Source: Octopus vulgaris
Taxonomy: Eukaryota
DNA length: 64,000 bases
Direction: 5' to 3'
Assembly (NCBI GenBank): GCA_951406725.2
Contig: OX597828.1
Span: 55,366,001-55,430,000, forward strand
The translations under genes were made by a program, and so were the position numbers. Below, one piece after another: positions 1 through 13,100 of the stretch (position 1 is the first letter of the stretch; the number at the start of each line of letters is the position of its first letter). The notes under the pieces are model-generated. The model ran no database searches, was not told where the DNA came from, and saw only the letters and a program-made list of their open reading frames with translations.

Positions 1-687
1 CAAAAAGCCGACGACCTTGCAACTTACGTTATTGTGAATCACTCAGTATATTACGCCAGAATGAGGTCTCTCACCTTAATGGTTTCTCTGACGTAGTTAC
101 CTTGTGCCAAGAAATATAACAACAGTTTCTCTCATTACCATAAATATAAATTAGTCACACTTCGAATCTTCTCGTCTCTACCTCCCTTTCCTTCTTCTTC
201 TATTAGTGTGATTTATGTCTTCTGTCCCTGCCCTCTCATTTTGCTGACCTGTATTCTCCGTGCGTCTGAAAGAAGCTCCGAGGAAGCTATAAGATGATGC
301 ACAAGTACTCAACCCTGAATGCACTGCATCTTATAAAAGAAACATCTGTAAGCTAATGAAGTTGATTACATATCACCTGTTTCTTTGTCATATATTTAAT
401 TTCATATACATATATGTATATACACACACACACATATATATATATACATACACACACATTCACACTCACATATCTATACGTACATGAATATACATACACA
501 CAGACACATTTATATATATATACATATATATATTATTTATATTGTGCGTGTGTGTGAATGTGTGTGTGTGCGTATGTGAATAAGTGTGTTTGTGCGTATG
601 TGTGTGTGTATACATACCTACACACACACACACACATGCTCACAGACATCTTGATATGTATATGCGTGAGTGTTTACGTACATATAT

Positions 688-931
688 TTATCATCGTGTC
701 GACCAAATTATAAAATGTTGCTATACACCACTGGTCACAGTACGCTTCTTCGCATTGTTGTAGTTTTCGAGTGATACCACCGAGAAGGTATACATTCACC
801 CGGAACCGGATGCCAGTCTCTCGCAACAGGTTTATATATTTACAGCTGAATGGACTGCGGCAACACAAAATGAAGTACACAACGATGAAGAACACAACGT
901 ATCACCTTATCATTAGGCCACGTGCCTTCAC
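688..931 (-). mobile_element. Degenerate tRNA-derived SINE (family C)
   Basis: 688-770 matches the tail of the copy at 32578-32650 (atgttgcta..ctggtcaca..cgcttc..gcattgtt). 900-931 matches the reverse-complemented head (cattaggccacgtgccttcac). Confidence 0.5.
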
Positions 932-2118
932 ACACACACAGACACACACACACACAAACTCACACACACTCACACACACACACACACACACACATACACA
1001 CACACACACATTTGCATATATGTGTGTATGATGCGTACGAATGTAGTTTGTTGAAATATTTTCACCTGTTTTCGCACTATTCCACCTGTTGATTGGATAT
1101 GCTTTCTTATGATTGGCTACAACTACTAAATACACATTCAGCTGTTATACCAAAACAAACAAAAAAACAGTTCTAGGTTTCACTTTCATTTTCCATTTGA
1201 ACTATTTCAGCTTATTCCTGACGCTTTCTTCCCCACTCCCACCGCCCCACCTTCTCTTTATCTTCAACTTCAAGCTATCTGTTGCTTGAAAAACGTGCAT
1301 TGATCTATCTTCTACGTCAGAAATAATTTGTTATTAAAAACACACATACTGCTATCATTTGATTGCAGCGTGTATTCTAATAACAATGAGATATTTTTGT
1401 GTTTTTTTAAATCCTTTTTGTTCATTGACATTCCATTTCTCACAATACCTTGAACGAATCTAGTTGTTAAATCATTATTTTCCTCACATGGTTTTCATTT
1501 ACATAACGTAAAAACTATCAGACTACATCTCTCACTTTCTTTCATTCATACCGTATATTCATCACTCCATGTATACACGTATGAATGTACGTGTATATAT
1601 ATATATATATATATACACATACACACATATGTAGTTATCTATCCACTTATGCATATATTTCCCAATTAATCAATAGTAATATAACTACCTGTCTTCCTCT
1701 CCTCCCTCTCCCTCTCTCTCTATCTACCCATTTATATCACGCATATTTCTGTATTAATGTTTCATATACTTTTTATGCACCTCTCTCCTATATTAAACTA
1801 TCCGACAACTTTTTTCTTTACTTTCCATCCATTAAAAAATCACAGATAACAAAACGTATTCAAAATAGTTCACGAATACACTCAGACACACAAAACACGT
1901 ACACACACGTACACACTAAAACAGGCGTTCACTGACATTTATAGATTGATAGATTGCTAGTTGGACGGATTGGTAAAAAGATGGATGCTCATACATAGAT
2001 CACAGACATAGATGCTCACACTTGTTCTATCTTTCTATTCCTTACCATAAAACTTTTGTTCACAAAATCCGATTTTGCTTTCAGTACAATGGTGATGTGT
2101 GAATGTGTGTGTGTGTGA

Positions 2119-2161
<43 letters not shown>

Positions 2162-2209
2162 TGTGTGTACGTGTTTATGTATCTTTATATGTATGTATAT
2201 ATTCACTTA

Positions 2210-2244
<35 letters not shown>

Positions 2245-2412
2245 GTAAATATATGTGAAAAAATATATTCACATCTGCATACGTTTATATATATATATGT
2301 GTATATGCAATATATATATATATATATATATGTGTGTATGTGTATGCATATGCATACATACATGCATTCATACATGTATATGCATATATATATATAAATA
2401 TATATACATATA

Positions 2413-2452
<40 letters not shown>

Positions 2453-2453
2453 T

Positions 2454-2501
<48 letters not shown>

Positions 2502-3906
2502 GAACACAATTACATATACCCACATTACACACAAGCACATGCACACACATATACACGCTTACACACGCCCACACTTACATATTAAGCTCTGTGTGTGTTT
2601 GTGTTGTGTCAATGTATAGAATTATTCCTAGAACCACTTTACCCAGCATGCAATGTTTCTCTTTCATTCATTTTCCCCATCATCATCATTATTCCTCCTC
2701 TTTATCATTTTTCTCTCTTTCGTTGTCGTTTCTTGGTTTGTTCTTATTTTTCCTTTCTTCTTTGTTATAACAAAAATCACTTATAACAAAAAAAAAAAAA
2801 AGAAAGAAGCACATCCCGCTTGCTTACATTTCTAGCACTCGTCTTGCTTCTTTTTCCAATCCAACTCGTTATCTTACCTGCCTATCTCACTACTCTCCTT
2901 CCTGCTTTGTCATCTTCAACTACACGCAAGCGTATTGCCTTAGTTTTTTACTCTCCACTTCCGGTACCACCCCTGTCCCCTCGAAGTCTTTGTGAAATTT
3001 GTTTCAGCTCGCCTCTTTACTGATTGATTTTTCGCTTCATTTTCTTCCTCTACTTTCCTTTTCAATATTCTCCTTCTTTTTCGCTTTCCTTACACAATCT
3101 CTCCTTTTCGCTTTCATCAATTTCCTCTCTTTCTCTTCTGCTTTAGCTCTTAGTCTATATACTTTCTCCCTTATCTCGTTTTCAATTTTCCTTTCTTCCT
3201 TATTATATTGTAGCGACCTTGAATGAAAGAAGTATAAATGCAAAGAAACAATGCAACAAATCTATATGTACCCTTATTTTTTATTTTATAAATGGATGCT
3301 CTTTTTAAACTTTAATTTTCTTCAATACTTTCAATGAAAGATTCTTGAAGCCAACAGGCATTTTTCTATCCCTTTTAATATCGGTTTTGTTTTGTTTTCA
3401 GATTAAATCGCATTCATCGTTTTCCATCTGTCAATAGAAAACTTTCCTTTCATGCGTCGAGGTTAAGCGTTCTGAATTACAATTACTATCTTACATAATA
3501 TATAATCTCGGTGCAAGACAGATACTTAAAAAATTACATACCAAAGAGTCATTTGTAATCCTTACAATGACTCAAAGACTCAGCTGCACGAAGATGGGAA
3601 CAGTGAGTCGTTCATTCATTTCATGATAGCAACCCTGTTGAATGAGAACTGAACTAACAACATCTGTCTATGAACTGAAATGAAGTCTGAGTCTTTTTCT
3701 GTTCTCCTTCAGCGTATCATTTTACTATGTGGCTCACTTCTTTTGCATGCATCGATATCACAAGTCTAGGAAGACCCGAGAAAGGCTATGGGCATTGCTT
3801 CCCTCTTCTTTAGCATCCATGAGAAAACAAAACTGGTTATATACTGCTTTCTGATGTATGTATGTATGTACACACACAAATATATGTATGTATGTATGTA
3901 TATATG

Positions 3907-3938
<32 letters not shown>

Positions 3939-3960
3939 TGTATGTATGTATGTATGTATG

Positions 3961-4006
<46 letters not shown>

Positions 4007-4021
4007 CATATATATATATAG

Positions 4022-4228
4022 TTAATCCAAGCATGAAAACACAAAGAGTAAACACAACAACGCGAGGACGTGGGACAAGTATAGTGTTATTGGACGCTCA
4101 GGAAAGAAGGAAAGAAGGAGGTTTAACGTTTCGAGCGGAGCTCTTCGTCAGAAACATAAGAAAAGGAAAGATCCAAAGAAGGGAAGACGGAGGAAAAAAA
4201 ATCGCCAACGGTACACACGCGGTCACAC
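4022..4228 (-). mobile_element. Short Penelope-like terminal repeat / non-autonomous element embedded in (TA)n
   Basis: Homologous to 39340-39525 (caacaacgcgaggacgtgg...gacgctcagg...acgtttcgagc...aatcgccaacg). Flanked on both sides by (TA)n. Contains a hammerhead motif. Confidence 0.6.
4121..4155 (-). ncRNA. Minimal type I hammerhead ribozyme motif
   Basis: Minus strand reads GTTT-CTGACGA-A-GAGC(TCC)GCTC-GAAA-CG-T-T-AAAC: helix I GTTT/AAAC, CUGANGA core, helix II, GAAA, palindromic ACGT in place of helix III, GUU site. Confidence 0.65.
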
Positions 4229-4233
4229 TTTGA

Positions 4234-4275
<42 letters not shown>

Positions 4276-4398
4276 TACAATTATGTTTTTAAATGACTTG
4301 CTTCAAGAGTTGCATTCGGTACGATGTGCTTATTTATTTTGGTAGTTTTGACTTAGAGTCCCTCCTAGCGTGTGGCATTTATGTATAGTAATGCCCTC

Positions 4399-4434
<36 letters not shown>

Positions 4435-4439
<5 letters not shown>

Positions 4440-4680
4440 AGTAATGTCACATTGGTTGTGTAAATGTTCGTGGCCTGAAATATAGGTACATGTACATTAA
4501 CATAAATGATACAAGTTTATCAATACTGAACTACATAAAGTACCAATAAGTGTGGGGTGCTGTAAACCAGTCTGGCGGTCGCGGAGGTTTTCTTTTTCTG
4601 TTAGTAGATTAGTGCTAACTATAAAAGGTCGGAGAGCATCAGTGTTGGGTAAGCTGGTGTTGTTCCTGTATTACATCTAA
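4435..4680 (+). pseudogene. Highly degraded 5' fragment of a Tx1-type ORF2 (APE endonuclease start)
   Basis: 4435-4477 (atgtaagtaatgtcacattggttgtgtaaatgttcgtggcctga, HIGCVNVRGL) is near-identical to 6493-6536. Remnants of GGG and GKLV motifs follow. Confidence 0.55.
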
Positions 4681-4964
4681 ACATATAAACTAGCTTTTGA
4701 AAATGAAGCGCCCTGTATTCTTTGCTAGATTATAAACATTTGTAGGTGAAGTTTTTGTAAACTAATTACTTGGATAACGATAGACACTGTCAGCACGAAA
4801 ATTAATTAGTGTTAAACTTTAAAGAAATGTTAACAAAATAGTTATGTGGCGGTGGGGAGAAACAAAACCAGCCTATGTCTAATTACGTTTTAATTACTTC
4901 AGGAAGTACACAAGACAGCTCTGGAACATATTTCGGTTTTATGAACACAACAGCCAGAATAGTG

Positions 4965-5110
4965 AAAATGTGTGACCTAGTCGTTCGGGTGTTGCATCCA
5001 CGATGGTAAGAGCGTAGTTTCGATTTCAAGACCAGGCTGTGCCTAGTGTTCTTCATCATATAAGCACTTCATTCCGCTTGGCTTTAAGTTAGTTCTGTCA
5101 GCAAATGGGG
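4965..5110 (+). mobile_element. Degenerate tRNA-derived SINE (family D)
   Basis: A/B-box-like head (tgacctagtcgttcgggtgttgca...gtttcgatttcaagacc). Similar to 54855-54995. Confidence 0.4.
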
Positions 5111-5129
5111 AGGTGAATCCGCAACCCAG

Positions 5130-5440
5130 AAGGTGAAAATTGGCGAAACGCTGCTTGGCATTTTACCCGCCATGCTAACGATTCTGCCAGATCACCGCTT
5201 TAAATATATAATAATAATGACAATCCTTTCTAATATAGGCACCAGGCCTGAATTTTTGCGGAAAGGGAGACAATCGATCACATAGACCACAGTACTTGAT
5301 TGGTAGATAATTTATCGATTCCAAAAGTATGAAAGGCAAAGTCGACCTCGGCGGAATTTGAACTCAGAACGCACTGACAGACAAAATACCGCGAAGCATT
5401 TCCCCCGGTATGCTAACGATTCTGCCCCCTCGCCACCTTA
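5130..5440 (-). mobile_element. tRNA-derived SINE family A: head fragment plus a near-complete copy (tail type 2)
   Basis: Core gaaaggcaaagtcgacctcggcggaatttgaactcaga and head gctaacgattctgcc..cgcc, shared with many copies in the window. Confidence 0.75.
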
Positions 5441-5519
5441 AATAATAATTATAATGATAATTATGTCTTGGAATAAGTTTTAGTAAAGCAAAAGAAAAAC
5501 AAATTTGTAGGGAGAGTAC

Positions 5520-7820
5520 TGTGTTAAGGCTATGAGTATATAACCCGAGTGAAACAAATTGATCGAGTGAGCGAAGAGAAAGTTGAGAAGTGCTTGACAC
5601 CCATCTGGCAGGATATCACATATCTAGCCAGAGGGAAGAAGTTTGGTACTATCGAAGTATGACTAAATGATATAGAAACTGCACAAATGTACTCAGTTAA
5701 ATCTCTTGAAACGGAAGTCGTTGTTTTAATTCCAATATATTTGGGAATGAGGACGTCAAAGATATGTATACCAAGGGTCCCACCTCAAGTCGACCCTATG
5801 TGGTTGATGGCGGAAGTCCTGGCAAAAAAGGAAGATGATATAACACTCTTTCAGGCTACCGTCACAGAAAAGGCTTATTGGACCGGTCAAACGGTTCACC
5901 TCCTAATACAAGCAGAACAGTCAATTTTTGAACAGTTACCGGAGAAAATAGAAATTAGGGAGGGATTTCTTAACGTATTCGTTGAGGGGCGTAAACCCCG
6001 ATGTTTCCAGTGTGGCCGACAGGACCATATAAACAACACTGTAGAGACGGCGAGGAAGACCCGATGGTGAGGAGGAAAAGAAAGAGAAACAGAAGAAGAG
6101 AAAGCAACTAACAAGAGAAAAATGGAAAGCTCAAATCAACAAAAACAGGTCGAACTAAGACAAAAAAAAACTGCGAAAAGAGTCAAACCAAAAATAGTAA
6201 AAAAGGGAGTAGAAGACAGAGGGATACTCGTTTTATACAGCAAAAATGAAGATTTAATGAGAGAAATAAAAACGAAAAAATCGGCCGCTAAGATTGCAGA
6301 ACTTTCTGATAAATATAAGAACTACGAGTTCTACGAAATGGATAAAAAGATTTATAATGTATTACTTAACACGTATAGAAAGTCTATTATGAGATTGGAT
6401 TTTAATCAATCCATTTTCCAAGACTTGCCACCTCCGACCTTATGTACAGAAAAGGTGGAGAGTCCCTCTCCACAGGACACCCACGATTAAATATGTAAGT
6501 AATGATACATTGGTTGTGTAAATGTTCGTGGCCTGATGTCTAGCTGGAAGCAAGGGCGTCTCCTAAATAACATGAGGTCAAGAAAATTGGATGTGATTGT
6601 TGCAACGGAAACCCGGGTGAAGGGGCCAAGAGGTCTGCTCCCCTTCCTGAACAGCTATGAGAAATACGTTTCTCCGAGTCGGGGTGGGGGTGGAGTGTTG
6701 GTCCTACTAAAAAGAAACCAAGTAGCTGAGAAAAGGTTGTTTTTTTTTCTGATCCAGAAAGTAGGTTGGTCGTTCTCGATCTTATCAGGCTGGTTCCAAT
6801 TTATGCACCCAAAGTTACGGGCCCGCAAAGTGAATATTTTCGTGATCTGGGCAAGTTCCTGGCCACATTGCATTCGCTAGTACTGATAGGAGACTTTAAC
6901 ACAATCTGCCACGCACACACAGATTGTGTTGGCTCGATCATGAATAGAAAATGTAATCCTGGCTAACGGGATCTGCTAAGTCAATTTCAGCTAGTAGATC
7001 TGTATTGGTTGGAACATCCGAACACTCCACAGTGGACGTAGTCAAATAGTGACGGGTCTTTCAGAACATCCAGATAGGGTATTAATTAGAAAAACAGATA
7101 AGTCCATAGCTAAGTGACCACAGTTTTATCTAGTCAGCTACAGTGATACCAAGATGGTTACCTCTAAGCTGACAGTAGATAAGTTGGATAGACAGGGATC
7201 TGGCTACTGGAAACTCAATACGTCCTTTTTGGCGATTGAGGAGCACAGAAAGAGGAACGAGATGTTAATACAGGGGGCATTGACAGGTATCATCATTAAT
7301 AACAAATGGTGGTACGCCCTAAAAAGAGCCATCAAATATGAGTCTATTAGGTTTAGTATAAGTTTAGCTAAGAAGGGACGTAGAATAAGAGATGGTCTAG
7401 TTAAGGAACTAAGTCTGGAGGACTGGTAATGCGGACCAAATGAACGTGAAGAGACTGGAGTTGAACCAGCATCTTGAAGCCCAACACATGGGAAGTATTG
7501 CCAGAGCTAAGTTACATGCGATGGGAAGTGAAGGAATCAAGGCCGCTGGATGGACCCGAGTGGTGGAAGCTCGACAAGGAAATAGTTCCACTATTCGGTC
7601 TTTGACGAATCAAAATGGTGTCTTTGTAAACGCACTCGAGGAAATGTGTGAGGCCTTTCGGGAGTACTTCGATTAGCTGTTCGGGGGTGACGGCGTTCAT
7701 GATGGTAGGGAGTCCTCGAGGACTTTCTTGCCGAGCTGCCATGCCTCTCAGGGTCAGTTGATGAGTCTTGCGAAGGGCCGATCACATCTGTGGAGGTGAT
7801 GGAGTCTATGGCCAACTGTG
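5520..7820 (+). mobile_element. Older, degenerate Tx1-type LINE: ORF1 remnant plus 5' part of ORF2, truncated before the RT
   Basis: Frames give EKVEKCL..GKKFGTIEV..IPRVPP..EGRKPRCFQCGRQDH (ORF1). They then give GCVNVRGLMSSWKQG..ATETR..GDFN..GSGYWKLNTS..NNKWWYALK..EGPITSVEVMESMANC, collinear with the start of ORF2 at 10132. Many stops and frameshifts. Confidence 0.9.
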
Positions 7821-7833
7821 TTGTGTGCCAGTG

Positions 7834-7873
<40 letters not shown>

Positions 7874-7888
7874 AGGCTGTCTGCCTGC

Positions 7889-7977
<89 letters not shown>
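7834..7977 (+). repeat. Compound (GTCT)n(ATCT)n microsatellite, 5' flank of the full-length Tx1
   Basis: Direct reading. Confidence 0.95.
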
Positions 7978-8302
7978 GACGGATGTGATGTCGTTTCAGC
8001 TCCGAAGGTAATCATTTATTTATGACTATTTATAGGCCAATTTTTGTGTAGATTTTTGCAAATAAGGTGTGTAAGGCAACCAACTTTCGTTTGAGTGCTT
8101 TTCTAAGGGAGGAATTCGCCCCTAGGGGCAGTTTCGACCCCATTTCATTTCTGTAATTTTTTTCTCGACATTAGAAAATGTCTAGAAATTTTATTGTTGA
8201 ACGCTGGTCGCGTTCTTTTATGGAACAACATTTCCTAGTCTGGAAACGACAGAGAAAAAAAAGAACGTTCGCACGGAAAATGCAAACGTAAAATTCGGTG
8301 AA

Positions 8303-9724
8303 ATGAACGCTGCAACCACGTGCGTTAACAGCCCTGTCACCACCGCCACCACCACCACCACTAACAACAGCAACCACGAGACAACAACTGCTACCACCAC
8401 CATCTCCACCACCACCACCACCACTACCACGACCAACATAAATGATAAAAATAAAAATAAAACTGAAACGAAAACTATTGACAAAAACAACAGCAACAAC
8501 AAGGACAACAATAAAAATGAACTATCTAATAGTGAAGATGTTAATACAAAAAAATCAACAACATCAGTAAATTTCGCAGGCATTCTTCGCCAGAAGAAAA
8601 AAATAGTAACATTCACGAATGAAGAGCTCATAGAGACAAGAGCTCTCTTTACAACCCGTGGACAAGATTTAGTGCTGCATACACCTCAACATATAAAACA
8701 AGAAATAGAAAATAAGACAATTGTATATAAAATTATTAGAAAAAACAAAAAACCAAATGAACAGATTACAAAAACTGATGTGGAGAAATGTTTAAAAAAC
8801 ATAATGAAAGAAAAAGAGTATATAAACTGGGGTCCCCAGTTTAACACAGTAGTGGTCCGCTTCCCTAACCAGGAAGTGGCAAAAGCTCACTCTACTGAGT
8901 CTCTGGGAAATGATGAAATCATCATGGTCCCTTATTATAAAAACCAGAGGGTGAGTAGAATTACTATCAGAAATGTACCCCCCGATATGCCGAACAAATG
9001 GATAACAGGGGCAATCTGTTACCACTTGAAAAGGATCAATATTTTAGAAACAGCCGTGTACCTAAACGACAATTGGGGTGGAAAAACAGTAGTGGTGACC
9101 ATCCAGATTGAGGGGGCCTCTATCGAGAGCCTACCCGACAAGATATACTTGGAGAATGGGCAATGCCTATATGTTATGGCAGAAGGCAAAAAGCCTAGAT
9201 GCTACAAATGTGGCAGCCCCGAACATTTGATTGCCAAGTGCGATCTGGTACAGAAAAAACAAGAAAGAACTAATCAGAAAACAAATAAAATCCCTTTGTT
9301 GCCAACACCAACACCAACACACTCAATTATGGAACAATGCCAAGAAAAACAACAAACCAGCAAACAAACCCCAACAACATCACCAAGAAAAACAGTACCA
9401 ACACAATCACCGTTGACTTCACAACCAATTAAACCTGTTGAATTAACAAAAAATAGACCCACGCCCACACCCAGGACGACAATTAAAAAGACAGAAAACA
9501 CTGACGAGAAGACAAATGCTACCCCTAACACCACAACAACACAAACACCGCACAAAACATCAACAATTTATACAAGCATACATAGTAATGCAAATGTTTT
9601 GCCTCTACCCCATACTGATACGTCGGACGACGAAAGTTCGACGGAATGGCAAATAGCCACAGGGGTAAAAGAAAAAGATCCAAAAAATCCACCAAACAAG
9701 GAATTAAAGCAGGGAGATATCTAA
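8303..9724 (+). CDS. LINE ORF1 protein (nucleic-acid binding; RRM-like region and CCHC zinc knuckle)
   Basis: 473 aa. Contains CYKCGSPEHLIAKC (C-x2-C-x4-H-x4-C) and ITIRNVPP, with Thr/Asn-rich low-complexity ends. Homologous to the relic at 5520-6070. Confidence 0.85.
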   Translation: MNAATTCVNSPVTTATTTTTNNSNHETTTATTTISTTTTTTTTTNINDKNKNKTETKTIDKNNSNNKDNNKNELSNSEDVNTKKSTTSVNFAGILRQKKKIVTFTNEELIETRALFTTRGQDLVLHTPQHIKQEIENKTIVYKIIRKNKKPNEQITKTDVEKCLKNIMKEKEYINWGPQFNTVVVRFPNQEVAKAHSTESLGNDEIIMVPYYKNQRVSRITIRNVPPDMPNKWITGAICYHLKRINILETAVYLNDNWGGKTVVVTIQIEGASIESLPDKIYLENGQCLYVMAEGKKPRCYKCGSPEHLIAKCDLVQKKQERTNQKTNKIPLLPTPTPTHSIMEQCQEKQQTSKQTPTTSPRKTVPTQSPLTSQPIKPVELTKNRPTPTPRTTIKKTENTDEKTNATPNTTTTQTPHKTSTIYTSIHSNANVLPLPHTDTSDDESSTEWQIATGVKEKDPKNPPNKELKQGDI

Positions 9725-10074
9725 CTCAGGACAACATCCCCTTAGACAATCAAAAAAGTAATGAACCCGTAAAACCACACACACAACTAACTGCAATAGA
9801 CACAGACAATAAAGAATTAATGGACTACATCAAATCTAATATGGTCATCTGTGAAGATGACTTTAAGACAAACAATCATCCGCACACCACACCACCGAAA
9901 CACATCAGAATTTTACACATAACACAAGCACAACACCACATACTGAAAACAATATTTCCGAATGCGGTAGGCGGGTATCAACGATACCTGTCGAAAAAAC
10001 TATACAAACACCTCATCAAAAACGATACAAAAGAAGAAGAAGAAAAAAATGAAACTTTTAAAATGAGTAAGTGA
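9646..10074 (+). CDS. Probable C-terminal part of ORF1 in the -1 frame
   Basis: Overlaps the end of ORF1. Adding one base at the GGGG near 9662 gives the continuous EWQIATGGKRKRSKK. Ends 57 nt before the ORF2 ATG. Confidence 0.6.
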   Translation: MANSHRGKRKRSKKSTKQGIKAGRYLTQDNIPLDNQKSNEPVKPHTQLTAIDTDNKELMDYIKSNMVICEDDFKTNNHPHTTPPKHIRILHITQAQHHILKTIFPNAVGGYQRYLSKKLYKHLIKNDTKEEEEKNETFKMSK

Positions 10075-10131
10075 CCTCACTTCTTGCCTCTTGTCTCTTC
10101 TAATATAGTGTGTAAAACACAATTTTCGTAA

Positions 10132-13100
10132 ATGTCAAGTATGCTTAAATTAGGTTGTGTGAATGCGCGTGGCTTGGCGTCGGCTTGGAAGCAAGGTTAC
10201 CTTCTAAACGACATCAAGTCACTGGACGTGGATATAGTAGCTATCAGTGAAACCAGACTCAGTAAGCCGCGGGCCCTCGAGTCCATGTTTGGCAATCAAT
10301 TTGACATTTATTTTTCTCCCTGTCTGCCGAACATGGGTGGTGGAGGTACTGCGGTGCTTTTTCGAAAGAGTCTAAAGGTAAAAGTAAGAGCAATATTCCT
10401 AGACCCGGAGGGTAGGCTGGTTGTCTTGGACGTGGATGGTAGAAATGGGTGTGCATTCCGTCTGATGGCAGTTTATGCACCGTCCTTAACGGGTCGGGCG
10501 GATTTCTTCAGACGTCTAGAGGTTTTCCTGGGTACGTCTAGACCTTTACTGTTAGTAGGGGATTGGAACGCTACCTTGGACACGCATCTAGATTATGTGG
10601 GAAGGGATAGGAATAGAAGGGGGTGTAAGAGCCTCAAAGACCTGCTCAGACGTTTCCATTTGTCTGACAGGTTCCGACTCGACCATCCGAACGTGCCAAC
10701 GTGGACTTGGACAAACCGCGTCGGATCGTCGAGATCTTATCTAGATAGAATTCTATGCAGGACAGCGGATAGGGATAGTGTAGGATGTCCACAATTTAAA
10801 ATAGTCAGCTACACAGATCACAAATTTGTTACGTGTACGCTCGACTTAGATAAAACACATAGGCAGGGTCCCGGTTACTGGAAACTGAACACGTCGCTGT
10901 TAGCGCGACAGGTTTACAGGAACCGGATTAGCGAGTTAATTAAGAGGGCGCTGACGGGAGCGGTCGTTAACAACCGCTGGTGGTACGCCCTGAAAATGGC
11001 AATAAAATCGGAATCAATTAGGTTTAGCAAGGAATTAGCGATAGAACGAAATAGAGTAGAGGGAAACTTAGTTAAGAAACTAGAAGAGGCACTTACCACT
11101 GGCAGCGCAACCAACGTGCTGGCTGCGAGGATGGCCCTCGACCAACACCTCAACGCCAAGCACGAAGGTTGCGTCGTCAGAGCTAAAATGCGTGCCTTAA
11201 GGAACGAAGGGATTGAAGCTGCGCGAGAGGCCCGGGTAGCGGAGGCGCAGCGTGGCAACAGATCAACCATTCGGTCTCTAATAGATCAACAGGGATGCAG
11301 TTTATTCGAACCCGAAAGGATGTGTGAGGCCTTTCAACAGCACTTTGCTCGACTGTTTGGTGCGAGTGGTGGGTCGGAACGAGGGATGGATTTCAGTGCC
11401 TACCTGACCGACCTGCCGCGGCTCTCGGCAAGAGAAGCGGAGTGTTGTGAAAGTCCCATCACAGCCGCTGACGTGTGGGATGCGATGGCGGGCTGCGCGA
11501 GGGATAAGTCGCCTGGATTGGATGGTTTACCCTACGAGCTGTATTGTCGAATGCCAGACTTGTTTGGCGACCTCTTGGCATCAGTCTACTGCAACTGGCA
11601 ACAAAACGGGAGAAGCCCCGGTTTCGTGAGCCGAGGTGCAGTGACGTTGCTGAAGAAAGACTCAAACAAGGGGAATTTTATAGATAATTTCAGGCCCATC
11701 ACTCTGCTCAACGCAGATTTGAAAATTTTGGCCAAAGTAATAGCCGAGAGGTTGGCGCTTGTCATTGGTAAACTGGTCGACAGGGCGCAAACATGCGCCG
11801 TGCCGGGCAGAACCATACATGACAACCTCCATCTGATGCGCTACATTGTGGACAGGGTAGTTAAGGATCCTGGCATGGGTGGGGCGCTGATAAATTTGGA
11901 TCAGTCTAAAGCCTTCGATAGGGTCGACCATCGGTACTTGGCGGCCGTCCTCAGGGCGGCTGGCTTCGGTCCCGTCTTCCGCGGTTGGATCGCTGCCTTG
12001 TATAGCGGCATCCGATCGGTGATTCGGGTGAACGGTCACCTGTCGAAACCGTTTGACATCACGCGTTCGGTCCGTCAGGGGTGTCCCCTGTCGGCGCTTC
12101 TGTATGTATTGACTCTCGAGCCGCTACTGCGGAAGCTGGCGACACTGAGGGGCATCCCACGGGAACTGGGTTGCGGGACGAGCGTGTCGGCATATGCGGA
12201 CGATGTCACCGTCATAGTGTCGAGCGACAAACACATCAAGATGATAGGCGAGACACTAAGAAAATACGAAACGGTGACGGGAGCAAAGATTAACCCGGAA
12301 AAGTCAGTGGGTTTGCTACTCGGCACCTGGAGAAGCAAGCCCATGCCGTCCGACTGCGGCTCAGTAGTGGGACGCTGGACGGACGGACCGGTTAAATTGC
12401 TCGGGGTCTGGTTCAGTCCGGACCTCCAAATGGATAAGAACTGGGACGAGATCACGAGTAGAGTGGTCGCTCTCAGCCAAACATGGGCCGAGAGAAAGCT
12501 GTCTCTAAAAGGCCGGGCGGAGGTGGCGAACGCGTACATCGCATCCGTCATCGATTACCGCCTGACCGTCGTACCTTGTCCCGACGCCACCATCACCAAA
12601 CTGGAACGCATACTCTTCCGCTTCCTGTGGAAGGGTGGCGTTCCGATGGTGAGGAAGTCCATTTGCTGTCAACATCCGTTGAATGGAGGACTGGGCATGC
12701 CGTGGTTGATGATGCGCAGGCATGCGCTGAGACTGCGACATCTCTGGAAATTCATCGACGACGGTGAACAGGTGTGGGCGCCGTTTGTGAGGCGCGACTT
12801 CCCGCAGCTCGTCTCACTGACCGAACTGCAAACGTGGATCAAAAAGAGACCGAAACTGGGCGATTGGCACCGAGAGTGTCGCCAAGCTCTACAGCAGCTC
12901 TGCCGACCGGGGTCAAACTTGTGCAACTTCCAAACGACTAAAGCGTTCTATAGAGGACTAGTGGAGGGGAGGTCCGACGACACACTCGGGGCAAACCTGG
13001 GCGTCGACGAGGAATTCCTAACCCGCCTGTTCAGAACGACGTTCGGGCCGGGGCCTATGGATAACTTCCAGAAATCCCTGGCTTGGCAGTGCTATCGAGA

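Noticed and set aside
260-355. CTGAAAGA...GAAACATCTGTA hammerhead-like layout around an internal hairpin
   Set aside because: Core spacing is off by one and helix I is poor; too degenerate to call.
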